Shown here: one piece after another, positions 49,537-57,363 of the stretch
Layout of the letters: each line of letters opens with the position of its first letter
Numbering within the stretch: position 1 is the stretch's first letter
Position numbers and translations under genes: made by a program
NCBI GenBank assembly: GCA_009692105.1
Contig: SHZS01000003.1
Span: forward strand, 5,136-69,135
Source: Gemmatimonadota bacterium
Lineage (GTDB): Bacteria > Gemmatimonadota > Gemmatimonadetes > Longimicrobiales > Gaopeijiaceae
DNA: 64,000 nt
Direction of reading: 5' to 3'
Notes under the pieces: model-generated
The model's database searches: none
What the model was told of the DNA's origin: nothing
Seen by the model: only the letters and a program-made list of their open reading frames with translations

Positions 49537-50573
49537 TCGCTGCGGTACTTCGCCTGCCATACCCGGACCTTCTCTACGACCGCCGCCACGGTAATCCTGG
49601 ACATCCGGTTCCGTCGTGAAGCGCGCGTGATCGGGTAGCTCTCCCCGGGATCCCCGTAGGCATCCACGATCAGGTCACGGAAGCGCCTGTACGGGCCAAC
49701 GCGCTTGGGGTTGTTGTATCCCATGAGCGAGACGACGGGCCGACCGAGCGCGACCGACATGTGCATCGGGCCGGTGTCGAGGGAGATCGTGAGGGCGGCG
49801 CCATCCAAGAGCCCCACGAGCTCCCGGAGAGGGATTCCGAGGGTGGAGACCACCGGGCACCGGGCGCGCTCTTGAATGATGGCCTCGATGGCGACCTCCC
49901 GCGGTGAGCGTCCGCCGGCGAGGACGGGCTGCAGGCCGAACTCCTCGTAGAGGACGCTGCAAAGCTCCGCCCAGCGCTCGGGAACCCAGTCCTTCTCGGG
50001 GTTGCTTGTCGCGATGACCAGCGGCAAAGCCGGCCGATCGATCTCTTGGTAGAATCGTTCTTGCGCGGGACGCTCGTCCGGCCATGGCCCGATGTTCCAC
50101 TCCACGGGACCGTCGGTAACATCCAGGGCGCGAAGGAACTCGAAGTATTGATCCTGCACGTGCTGGTCGGGGCGCGAAGGGATCCGGTGCGTGGTAAACA
50201 GGAAGTTCAAGTCCCGGGATCGCCGCCGGTCGAAGCCCAGCCGGATCGGGACGCCCGAGAACGCCGTGATGAGCCCGGCCTTGATGGAGATCTGGAAGGC
50301 GAGAAGGACGTCGAAGCGCCGACCGCGCAGCTCCTTCAGGATCTCACGAAAGGCGGAGAGTCCTTGCTTCCGGTGGAAGACCAGGATCTCGTCCACACAG
50401 GGATGGCCCTGCACGAAGCTCGCCGGACCAGGTTGAAGGACCCAGGTGATCCGACAGTCCGGGGAGTGACGTTTCAGGGCCGAAACCACCGGAAGGACGT
50501 GGACGGCATCTCCGATCGCGCTCATCATCACGATGAGGACGTCGTTCAGCGGCGTTCCCTTGAGATCTACCAT
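49500..50573 (-). CDS. Family 9 glycosyltransferase (LPS heptosyltransferase-like)
   Basis: VLIVMMSAIGDAVHVLPVVSALK and SLDTGPMHMSVALG are GT9 hallmarks. I placed the start at ATG 50573. Confidence 0.82.
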   Translation of the reverse strand: MVDLKGTPLNDVLIVMMSAIGDAVHVLPVVSALKRHSPDCRITWVLQPGPASFVQGHPCVDEILVFHRKQGLSAFREILKELRGRRFDVLLAFQISIKAGLITAFSGVPIRLGFDRRRSRDLNFLFTTHRIPSRPDQHVQDQYFEFLRALDVTDGPVEWNIGPWPDERPAQERFYQEIDRPALPLVIATSNPEKDWVPERWAELCSVLYEEFGLQPVLAGGRSPREVAIEAIIQERARCPVVSTLGIPLRELVGLLDGAALTISLDTGPMHMSVALGRPVVSLMGYNNPKRVGPYRRFRDLIVDAYGDPGESYPITRASRRNRMSRITVAAVVEKVRVWQAKYRSDYGDGLGGRAGR

Positions 50574-50632
50574 TGGGTCGTTGCTGCGGGTTCGTATCGG
50601 GCCCAAGGCGACACCCCCAGACATGGCCGCCG

Positions 50633-51382
50633 ATGCCAACGATCACCGCCTACTTGATCACACGCAACGCCGAGCGACACCTGGACGAAGTGCTCCGCTC
50701 GGTTGAGGGAGTCGACGATATCCTTGTCGTGGACTCGGGGTCCACGGACGCCACCCTCGAGATCGCACGCCGTCACGGCGCGCGCGTGATCCACCAGGAG
50801 TGGCTCGGGTACGCGCGCCAGAAGGCCTTCGCCCTCCGGAGCTGTCAGGGAGAGTGGGCGCTGAACCTGGACGCGGACGAGGTGCTTCCCCCGGGAGCGC
50901 TGGACGCGATCCGGACCCGCATCTCCCGGGGTGACGTGAATGGCATCTACTTGCTCCACGACGACACCTTCATGGGTCGCCCCATGCCGGGGAAGCGCCT
51001 GCCCTTCCTCCGCGTCTATCGGCATGCGAAGGCCCGTTTCGACGAAAGCATGGAGGTCCACGAGCGGGTGCACGTCGAAGGTCCGCTCGATCGGCTCCCC
51101 ATCCCGGTACGGCATTACGGGTACGATTCAATCCAGGACTACGTGGACAAGCTGAACCGGTATTCGCTCCTCAAGGCCGGACAGCGGGCCCGGGAGGGAA
51201 GGCCGTTCAGTCGGTCGAGACTCCTCCTCACGCTCCCGCTCACCTTCCTCAAGTTCTACCTGCTCCGCCGTATGTGCCTGGCAGGCTGGAGGGGCTTCAT
51301 CAAGGCCGTCGTTGACTCGTACTACTTCTTCCTGACCGAGGCGAAGCTGTACGAGCAGGCTTACCGGGAGCAGCACGAGTAA
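50633..51382 (+). CDS. Family 2 glycosyltransferase
   Basis: ATG 50633 gives MPTITAYLITRNAERHL, followed by VVDSGSTDAT and NLDADE. Confidence 0.8.
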   Translation: MPTITAYLITRNAERHLDEVLRSVEGVDDILVVDSGSTDATLEIARRHGARVIHQEWLGYARQKAFALRSCQGEWALNLDADEVLPPGALDAIRTRISRGDVNGIYLLHDDTFMGRPMPGKRLPFLRVYRHAKARFDESMEVHERVHVEGPLDRLPIPVRHYGYDSIQDYVDKLNRYSLLKAGQRAREGRPFSRSRLLLTLPLTFLKFYLLRRMCLAGWRGFIKAVVDSYYFFLTEAKLYEQAYREQHE

Positions 51383-51396
51383 TTACTTTGTAATTA
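51380..51396. promoter_or_regulatory. Perfect palindrome TAATTAC-TTT-GTAATTA upstream of the MazE-MazF fusion ORF
   Basis: Seen directly. It is a 17-bp AT-rich element in GC-rich DNA, 22 nt upstream of GTG 51418 (AAGGA Shine-Dalgarno at 51409-51413). Candidate AbrB/MazE-type operator. Confidence 0.5.
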
Positions 51397-51417
51397 CCTC
51401 ATGGACGTAAGGATGCC

Positions 51418-51990
51418 GTGGACGCAAAGCTGGTCGCCATCGGAAACTCCCGCGGGATACGCATCCCGAAGGCTCTTCTGGAGCTGGCTGGTCTGGAAGA
51501 CTCAGTCGTACTTGAGGTTACAGAAAATGGTGTCCTTGTGTCTCCAGCGGTATCAGTGCGGGAGGAGTGGGACGCCGCCGCCGCCCGACTCAGCCAGTTG
51601 GACCCACCCCGGATCGCGAACGACCGCGCCCGGACCCACCCAAAGCGGGGAGACATCTTCCGGCTTGAGGCAGGGACTGGCTCTGCAGGGACTGGCTCGG
51701 GAGGAACTGGCTCAGGGCCCGGCTCGGCGTTGGGAGACCCCTACCTGGTGCTCTCGCCGGACGAGCTGAACCGCAACCTGGCCTCGTTCGTCATGGCACC
51801 CCTCCTCCCCTCCCCCTCGGAGAACCTCCCCTTCCGGATCCGGTGTCGGATCGCGGGACAGGATAGAGTCGCAGCCCTGGACCGACTCGAGACGGTGCCC
51901 GAAGCGCGGATCGGCGAGCGACTGGGCTGGCTCCCCGCCCAAGCGCTCACCGACGCGCTTACCACGCTACGGGAGCTGTTCACCGCGTGA
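51418..51990 (+). CDS. Single-chain fusion of a MazE/AbrB (SpoVT) antitoxin domain and a MazF/PemK-like toxin domain
   Basis: The N-terminus KLVAIGNSRGIRIPKALLELAGLEDSVVLEV is an AbrB swapped-hairpin. The C-terminal part has PKRGDIF, YLVLSPDELN, FVMAPL, VAALDRLETV and RIGERLGWLP, matching the MazF/PemK fold. There is no internal stop. Confidence 0.7.
   Translation: MDAKLVAIGNSRGIRIPKALLELAGLEDSVVLEVTENGVLVSPAVSVREEWDAAAARLSQLDPPRIANDRARTHPKRGDIFRLEAGTGSAGTGSGGTGSGPGSALGDPYLVLSPDELNRNLASFVMAPLLPSPSENLPFRIRCRIAGQDRVAALDRLETVPEARIGERLGWLPAQALTDALTTLRELFTA
51670..51726 (+). repeat. 15-bp tandem repeat (about 3.8 units) encoding (A/G)GTGS repeats inside the toxin domain
   Basis: The units are gcagggactggctct / gcagggactggctcg / ggaggaactggctca / gggcccggctcg, read directly from the sequence. 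Confidence 0.85.
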
Positions 51991-53076
51991 GTTCCATGTC
52001 CGACGACTTCTATCCCTCGATCCGGGCCGTTGATAGGTACGAGAGCCTCGCTGTTCGCGAGAGCTACGTCCGGCTCCCCGACGACTGGGCCGTGGTCGCC
52101 GCAGACGTCGTCAACTCGAGCGCCGCCATAGAGGAAGGACGCTACAAGGAGGTAAACACCGTCGGCGTGTCGATCATCGCCGCGACCCGAAACGCCGTGC
52201 GCCCAATCGAGGTGCCCTACCTTTTCGGGGGAGACGGGGCCCTCCTCTGCATTCCCGGATGGACGGCTCCCGCGATCCGGCGCGCGCTCGGCCCAACCGT
52301 CGCCTGGCGAGCGCGGCGTTTCGGCTGGAGCTGATGGCCGCAGTAGTCCCCGTCTCGTACCTCGCCGACCTCGGACACGAGATCCTCGTGGCCCGTCATC
52401 GGGTTTCGAGCCACCACGTGCAGGGCGCCTTCTTCGGAGGGGGCGCGATGCACGTCGAGCGGGCTCTCAAGGCCGGGGAGCTCCCCGAGGAGTTCCTGGT
52501 CCACCCCGATCCCCTGGCCGACGCCGATTACACGGGGCTCGAGTGCCGGTGGAGCGAGATCCCGAGCCCCGGCGAGGAAACCGTCGCATTGATCGTCGAG
52601 GCGAAGGGCGGACGTGAGGAGGCGCTTCCCACGTGCTACGGAACGAGGGACGGCTTCGCGGCTGGCGGGCCGGCCCCCTTTCGCGCCTGGGGGGCTCGGT
52701 CGTGCTCCGTTTCAAGGTGCTTCCGGGTTGGTTCCTCCTCCGCTTCCGCATCCGTACTTCCGAGATGGATTGGGGGAGGTACAAGAGCGACCTCATCACC
52801 AACACCGACTACCGGAAGTTCGACGGCACAATGCGGCTCGTGCTCGCAGGATCGTCGGAGCAGCGCAGGCGGCTCGAGGCCCAGCCGGCTCAGATGCAGG
52901 AGACGGGCGCGCTCTCCTACGGGGTCCATGTGGCCTCGTCCGCCATCATGACCTGTCTGATCGAGAAGCGGCAGGGTGCGCACTTCCACTTCGTGGATGC
53001 AGCGGACGGCGGGTATGCCGCCGCGGCACGGAAGCTCAAGGCGGGACCCCCGTGGGAGGAGCCGAAGGTGAGGTGA
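51987..53076 (+). pseudogene. DUF3095-like gene disrupted by two frameshifts
   Basis: Homology-like sequence continues across three frames: 51987..52334 (...LFGGDGALLCIP...), 52259..about 52650 (...VVPVSYLADLGHEILVARH...FFGGGAMHVERALKAGE...CRWSEIP...) and 52633..53076 (...NTDYRKFDGTMRLVLAG...HFHFVDAADGGYAAAARKLKA). Confidence 0.65.
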
Positions 53077-53205
53077 ATATCGAGCCCGGCTGCAGGCCCT
53101 CGTCTCCTCGCACCGTCCTTCACGCCGCGCTATGTTTGGAGAAACGCCCCCCGAGGAGCATGATGAGGCGCCTCCCGGAAGGCGAACCCACGATCCGGGA
53201 GCCCG

Positions 53206-53652
53206 ATGGCGCGTGAGGAGGCGGGAGGTCGCAGCCTGGCGGAGAGGGCCCACGACTTGTACTGGAATTCCGACCGGGGCGTGAACGCGATCGCGGATGA
53301 CCTCGGGCTCTCGAAGGGCGGGCTGTACGAGCTCGTCCAGCCCCTCTCCTCAGAGAAGCCCTGCGCCGAATGCGGCACGGAGATGGTCTTCGCGACGCGC
53401 ACCGCGAGGGAACGCGGCTGGTCCACCTGTCCGTTCTGCGGCGCCGGCGAAGAAGAGGAAGACCCAGAGGAGGAGAAGGGGCGGCCTCCTCCGGCAGTCC
53501 GAATCCCCGAGGGCCCCTTCGCCGGAACGAGCTCCCGCCCCCTGACCGGAACGAGTTCCCGCCCTCTGAGTGGAGACCGTGCCCGGATCCTGGGCGGGGT
53601 CCTGATTGGGGTGGCCGGCGTGATCCTTCTCTTCAGGCACCTTCGTCGGTGA
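53206..53652 (+). CDS. Hypothetical HTH-like / zinc-ribbon / C-terminal TM protein
   Basis: 148 aa with CAECG...CPFCG (four-Cys ribbon), an acidic stretch, the tandem GTSSRPL(T/S)G repeat and a C-terminal TM segment (ILGGVLIGVAGVILLF). Confidence 0.55.
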   Translation: MAREEAGGRSLAERAHDLYWNSDRGVNAIADDLGLSKGGLYELVQPLSSEKPCAECGTEMVFATRTARERGWSTCPFCGAGEEEEDPEEEKGRPPPAVRIPEGPFAGTSSRPLTGTSSRPLSGDRARILGGVLIGVAGVILLFRHLRR

Positions 53653-53800
53653 CGGACACGCTCGACCCCAAGCGGACTCGAGCCGTATATCGAGCTCAAG
53701 GCCTTCCTCGAGGGAGATAACGAGAAGCATCTTTTTCGCGAGTTTCAGCTCTGACCTGAAGTACGACAGAATCAAGAACGACAGACCACACGGAGCACCC

Positions 53801-54562
53801 CTGACCTTCTCGATCCTTCCGCCGGCCGCCCTCCGGGCCGCAAGTGCTGCGACGCTCTTTCTCCTCCTGTCCGCGGCGGGATGCGGGGGAGAGGACGACG
53901 AGCTCGAGGCCGCGGCCGAGGAGATCCCTGCGGCGAGCACGCAGCCCGTTCTTTCCGAACAGGGCCTCCAACAGTTCGACCTCTCGGCGATCGGTTATAA
54001 CGAGGGAACCGAAGAGACTGCCGCATTCGGGGTCATCGAGTTCGCCGACTTCGGATGCATCCATTGCTTCGACTTCCACGAGAGCACCTATCCGGCCCTC
54101 CACACGGAGTTCATCGCTTCGGGGGACCTGCTCTGGAAGTACATCCCCGTCACCCTGGCCGGCTTCCCAAACGGAGACCTGGCCGCAGTCTCTGCGATGT
54201 GCGCGGCCGGGAGCGACAAGTTCGGGCCCATGCGCGACTACCTCTTCGGCAAGCGGGAGGAGTGGCTCGTAAGCACACGGGCGGAGGCGCTCTTCGTCGA
54301 GTACGCGGCAGCCGTCGGCCTGAACGCCGCACAGTTCCGTGCGTGCCTCACGGGGCCCGATACCCACGCGAAGCTCGAGGAGAACAACAGGATCGCGCGG
54401 CAGATCGGCGTGACCGGCACCCCCACCTTCATCGTGGCGGGAACCCCCGTCGAGGGCGCGCCTCCGCTCGAGAGCTTCCAGACCGCGCTGAGGCAGATGA
54501 TCGCAGCATCGCGGTCCGCGGCGCAGGCGTCTCCCACGCCCCCCGCGCGCCCGGGTCCCTAG
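53801..54562 (+). CDS. DsbA-family thioredoxin-fold lipoprotein lacking a canonical start (candidate CTG start)
   Basis: My own translation of the frame open from 53624 gives ...LTFSILPPAALRAASAATLFLLLSAAGCGGEDD...FADFGCIHCFDFH...GVTGTPTFIV. The first ATG/GTG/TTG is at 54197, downstream of both the CxxC and the signal peptide. GGAG at 53792-53795 lies 5 nt before CTG 53801. Confidence 0.6.
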   Translation: MTFSILPPAALRAASAATLFLLLSAAGCGGEDDELEAAAEEIPAASTQPVLSEQGLQQFDLSAIGYNEGTEETAAFGVIEFADFGCIHCFDFHESTYPALHTEFIASGDLLWKYIPVTLAGFPNGDLAAVSAMCAAGSDKFGPMRDYLFGKREEWLVSTRAEALFVEYAAAVGLNAAQFRACLTGPDTHAKLEENNRIARQIGVTGTPTFIVAGTPVEGAPPLESFQTALRQMIAASRSAAQASPTPPARPGP

Positions 54563-54626
54563 GCATTCCCGGATCCATGGGCACACCCGGGTCCCCCTGG
54601 TCCCCGCGTCGGCGACGCTCGCGGCG

Positions 54627-55580
54627 GTGGGCGTAGCCGCGGTCAGGGAGGTGTCAGCCAAGACGGCTTCGGTAACGCCGGTCCTCGCGCTGCTCCTCGC
54701 CACCACCTGGGGGTGCAGCCCAGCCCTCGTGGCTTTTTCTGCGCCCTGCTCCCCTGCCGGTCCGGTGCAGCTCCTCCCCCCGGAGATCGGGGAGAGCAGC
54801 GGGATCGTGGCCAGCCGAGCCCGTCCGGGACTGTTCTGGACCCACAACGACGCCTCGGGCGATGGTCCGCTCTTTCTCGTGGATCTTCGCGGAGTATTGG
54901 TGGAAGCGGTTCGGCTGGAGGGGGCGTTCGTCAGGGACTGGGAGGACCTGGCCATCGGCCCCTGCGGGCCCGACGGGCGAGGGTCGTGCCTCTATCTCGC
55001 GGACACGGGCGACAATGCCGAGCGGCGCGACGACTCGGCGATCTACCGGCTCCCCGAGCCAACCCCAGGCGCCACGAAGACGGGAGCGGCGGAGCGCTTC
55101 GCCCTCCGCTTTCCGAACGGCCCGCGCGATGTGGAGGCCATGTTCATCCTTCCCGACGAGCGGCTCTTCCTCGTCACCAAGGGGAGAAACGACCCGGTGG
55201 AGCTGTACCGAGTGCCTCCCTTCCCCACCGTCGCGGGTGCTCAGCTGTCTGCGGGTCCTCTTCTTCTCGAGCGGATCCAGACTCTCACCGAGGACAGCCC
55301 GCCTCTCCCGCGGTGGATCACCGGGGGAAGCGCGTCTCCGGACGGGCGCCTCGTCGCCCTCCGGAGCTACGAGACCCTTCAGCTCTATCGCCCGGACGCG
55401 GACGGTCGGCTGGCCCCGGTGCCCGAGGGGCTCATGAACCTCCGGGTCGTGGGAGAAGTCCAGGGGGAGGGCGTCGCATTCGCCCCGGAGGGAGATCTCG
55501 TTCTCACGAGTGAGGCGAGACCCCTCGGTGGAAGGGGGACGATCGCCACCCTTCGATGCCAGGGCACGGACCCTGCGTAA
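54627..55580 (+). CDS. Hypothetical lipoprotein (beta-propeller-like)
   Basis: 317 aa with an N-terminal hydrophobic segment ending in Cys (LLLATTWGC), plus ESSGI, WTHNDASGD, DWEDLA and ADTGDN. Confidence 0.6.
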   Translation: MGVAAVREVSAKTASVTPVLALLLATTWGCSPALVAFSAPCSPAGPVQLLPPEIGESSGIVASRARPGLFWTHNDASGDGPLFLVDLRGVLVEAVRLEGAFVRDWEDLAIGPCGPDGRGSCLYLADTGDNAERRDDSAIYRLPEPTPGATKTGAAERFALRFPNGPRDVEAMFILPDERLFLVTKGRNDPVELYRVPPFPTVAGAQLSAGPLLLERIQTLTEDSPPLPRWITGGSASPDGRLVALRSYETLQLYRPDADGRLAPVPEGLMNLRVVGEVQGEGVAFAPEGDLVLTSEARPLGGRGTIATLRCQGTDPA

Positions 55581-55636
55581 CGGTTCGTAACTCCCTGAGC
55601 GAGGGTACGCCGTGGACGACCCATTTCTTTGGAAGG

Positions 55637-56161
55637 ATGGTGATGGGAATGTCAGACGCTTCGCCGGAGTACCGTGCCCCCGCCGAGACGCGGATCGGGC
55701 ACGTCCATCTCAAGGTGTCGGAGCTGGAGCGCGCCGTGCAGTTCTACGGCGGGGTGCTGGGGCTCGACCTGACCCAGCTCTACGGCCGGGGCGCCGCGTT
55801 TCTCTCCGCGGGCGGTTATCACCACCAGATCGGGCTGAACACCTGGGAGAGCCAAGGGGGGTCACCTCCACCGGCGGGGACGACCGGGCTCTATCACTTG
55901 GCCATCCTCTACCCGGACCGGAGGAGCCTCGCAGCGGCCGTGCTCCAGGTGCTGAACGCCGGGATCCCCCTCGAGGGGGCGAGCGACCACGGGGTGAGCG
56001 AAGCCGTGTACCTGCGTGACCCGGACGGGAACGGAGTCGAGCTCTACCATGACCGTCCGCCCGAGCTGTGGCCGCGGGGGCCGGGCGGCCACCTCGAGAT
56101 GGGAACCCACCCGCTCGATCTCGGGTCCCTACTCGCGGAAGTGGCGGAAGCCGGAGGCTGA
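55637..56161 (+). CDS. VOC/glyoxalase-family protein (catechol-dioxygenase-like)
   Basis: RIGHVHLKVSELERAVQFYGGVLGL and GGYHHQIGLNTW. I placed the start at ATG 55637 within the track ORF. Confidence 0.75.
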   Translation: MVMGMSDASPEYRAPAETRIGHVHLKVSELERAVQFYGGVLGLDLTQLYGRGAAFLSAGGYHHQIGLNTWESQGGSPPPAGTTGLYHLAILYPDRRSLAAAVLQVLNAGIPLEGASDHGVSEAVYLRDPDGNGVELYHDRPPELWPRGPGGHLEMGTHPLDLGSLLAEVAEAGG

Positions 56162-56191
56162 CCTGACCCGCCTCGCCTCTCGCTCGGGCGG

Positions 56192-56902
56192 TTACCCCCA
56201 GACGTCGAAGGGATCCGGTCCCTTGGAGATCGCTCGCCCGGCGCCCGGGTCCACGTAGCCCACCAGCAGCTCGACCAGCTCGAAGAGGAGCGTGTCCCGG
56301 CCTAGAACGGGTGCCCTTGCGTCCTCCCTTCCCTCTTCGGGAGGTGGCCCAAAGCCCGTCACCGCTGCATCCAATAGGATCCCGGTCGCCACCCGCGCCG
56401 CGAGCGAGGCCCTCGAAGGCTCGACCTCGAGCACCTCCTGGAACTCGGTGGCGAGGAAGGCTTCGAAGCGCCGGCGGCGGGTCGGAGTCGGGTCGTCCAC
56501 GCCGTCCAGCAAGGCGAGCGAGTTCGCCGGCCCCTCCAAGTAGAGCTCAGCGAGCGATCGGACGACGAGCTCCACCTTTCCACGGGCGGCCCCAGCGCGG
56601 GGGAAGGAGGCCCGGGCCGCCCGCCAGACGGATGTGGCCTCCTCCAGGGCACCCTCCCCCAGATACCTGAGGAAGTCCTCCTTTCCCTGGAAGCGCGCAT
56701 AGAACGAGCCCACGGAGGTGTGTGCTCGTCTGGTGACCCCCGTGATGGTCAGTGCCTCCGGCCCGTCAGTCCGGAGGAGGGCAGTTCCAGCGCTGACTAG
56801 CCGCTCGAGGGTCCTCCGGCTCCGGTCCTGTTGAGGCTCCCGGACAAGGGCGTCGCCAGGGGGATCGGGGGCTGGCCGGTCGCCGGACTCGATGATCGTC
56901 AC
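56192..56902 (-). CDS. TetR-family transcriptional regulator
   Basis: HTH region LTITGVTRRAHTSVGSFYARFQGKEDFL; 236 aa. Confidence 0.85.
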   Translation of the reverse strand: MTIIESGDRPAPDPPGDALVREPQQDRSRRTLERLVSAGTALLRTDGPEALTITGVTRRAHTSVGSFYARFQGKEDFLRYLGEGALEEATSVWRAARASFPRAGAARGKVELVVRSLAELYLEGPANSLALLDGVDDPTPTRRRRFEAFLATEFQEVLEVEPSRASLAARVATGILLDAAVTGFGPPPEEGREDARAPVLGRDTLLFELVELLVGYVDPGAGRAISKGPDPFDVWG

Positions 56903-56982
56903 ACCTTCAAATGGCTGAGATGGGTTGTGGATACTCGTGGATCATGGTAAGGCGGATGATATATTAAAACAAGGATTCTGGT

Positions 56983-57012
56983 TTGAATACATCGCGATTG
57001 AATACATCGCGA
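56983..57012. promoter_or_regulatory. Tandem 15-bp direct repeat TTGAATACATCGCGA x2 (each ends in the palindrome ATCGCGAT)
   Basis: Seen directly, 81 nt upstream of the tetR start in an AT-rich gap. Candidate TetR operator. Confidence 0.45.
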
Positions 57013-57301
57013 TGAGGAAATTGCCCGGTGGCGCTGACAGGCCGCTGATCGGCCGGGGCTAGACTGCCAGCGATCCCCGGATCTTCCACGCATACGGAGG
57101 TCGAGTCATGTCTCACCAGTCCCCACTACCCGCTTTCTCTCTCTTCGCCCCGCCCTGTGCGCCGTCCTGACCGGCGACCCGGCCATCCTCGCGCTCAGGC
57201 GATTCGAGGAGATTTGGGCGAACGGGCACGGCCTCGAGGGTCCCATCCTGGCCATTCTGCGGGAAGCCCCCCACCGGACCGAGGTCCCGGACCTCGGCAG
57301 G

Positions 57302-57331
57302 TTGACACTTCCGTCGCGCGTGGGGTATTCA
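57302..57331 (+). promoter_or_regulatory. Sigma70-like promoter candidate for tRNA-Asn (TTGACA-N18-TATTCA)
   Basis: TTGACA at 57302-57307 and TATTCA at 57326-57331, about 30 nt upstream of the tRNA 5' end. Confidence 0.3.
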
Positions 57332-57363
57332 TCCCGTGCCGACGGGCCGTCGGCTCAGGTCGA

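Noticed and set aside
51670-53571. CRISPR array or other spacer-repeat structure suggested by the 15-bp and 24-bp tandem repeats.
   Set aside because: The repeats are contiguous with no spacers, lie in frame inside ORFs, and encode Gly/Ser/Thr- or Pro/Ser-rich peptide repeats. No cas genes are present.
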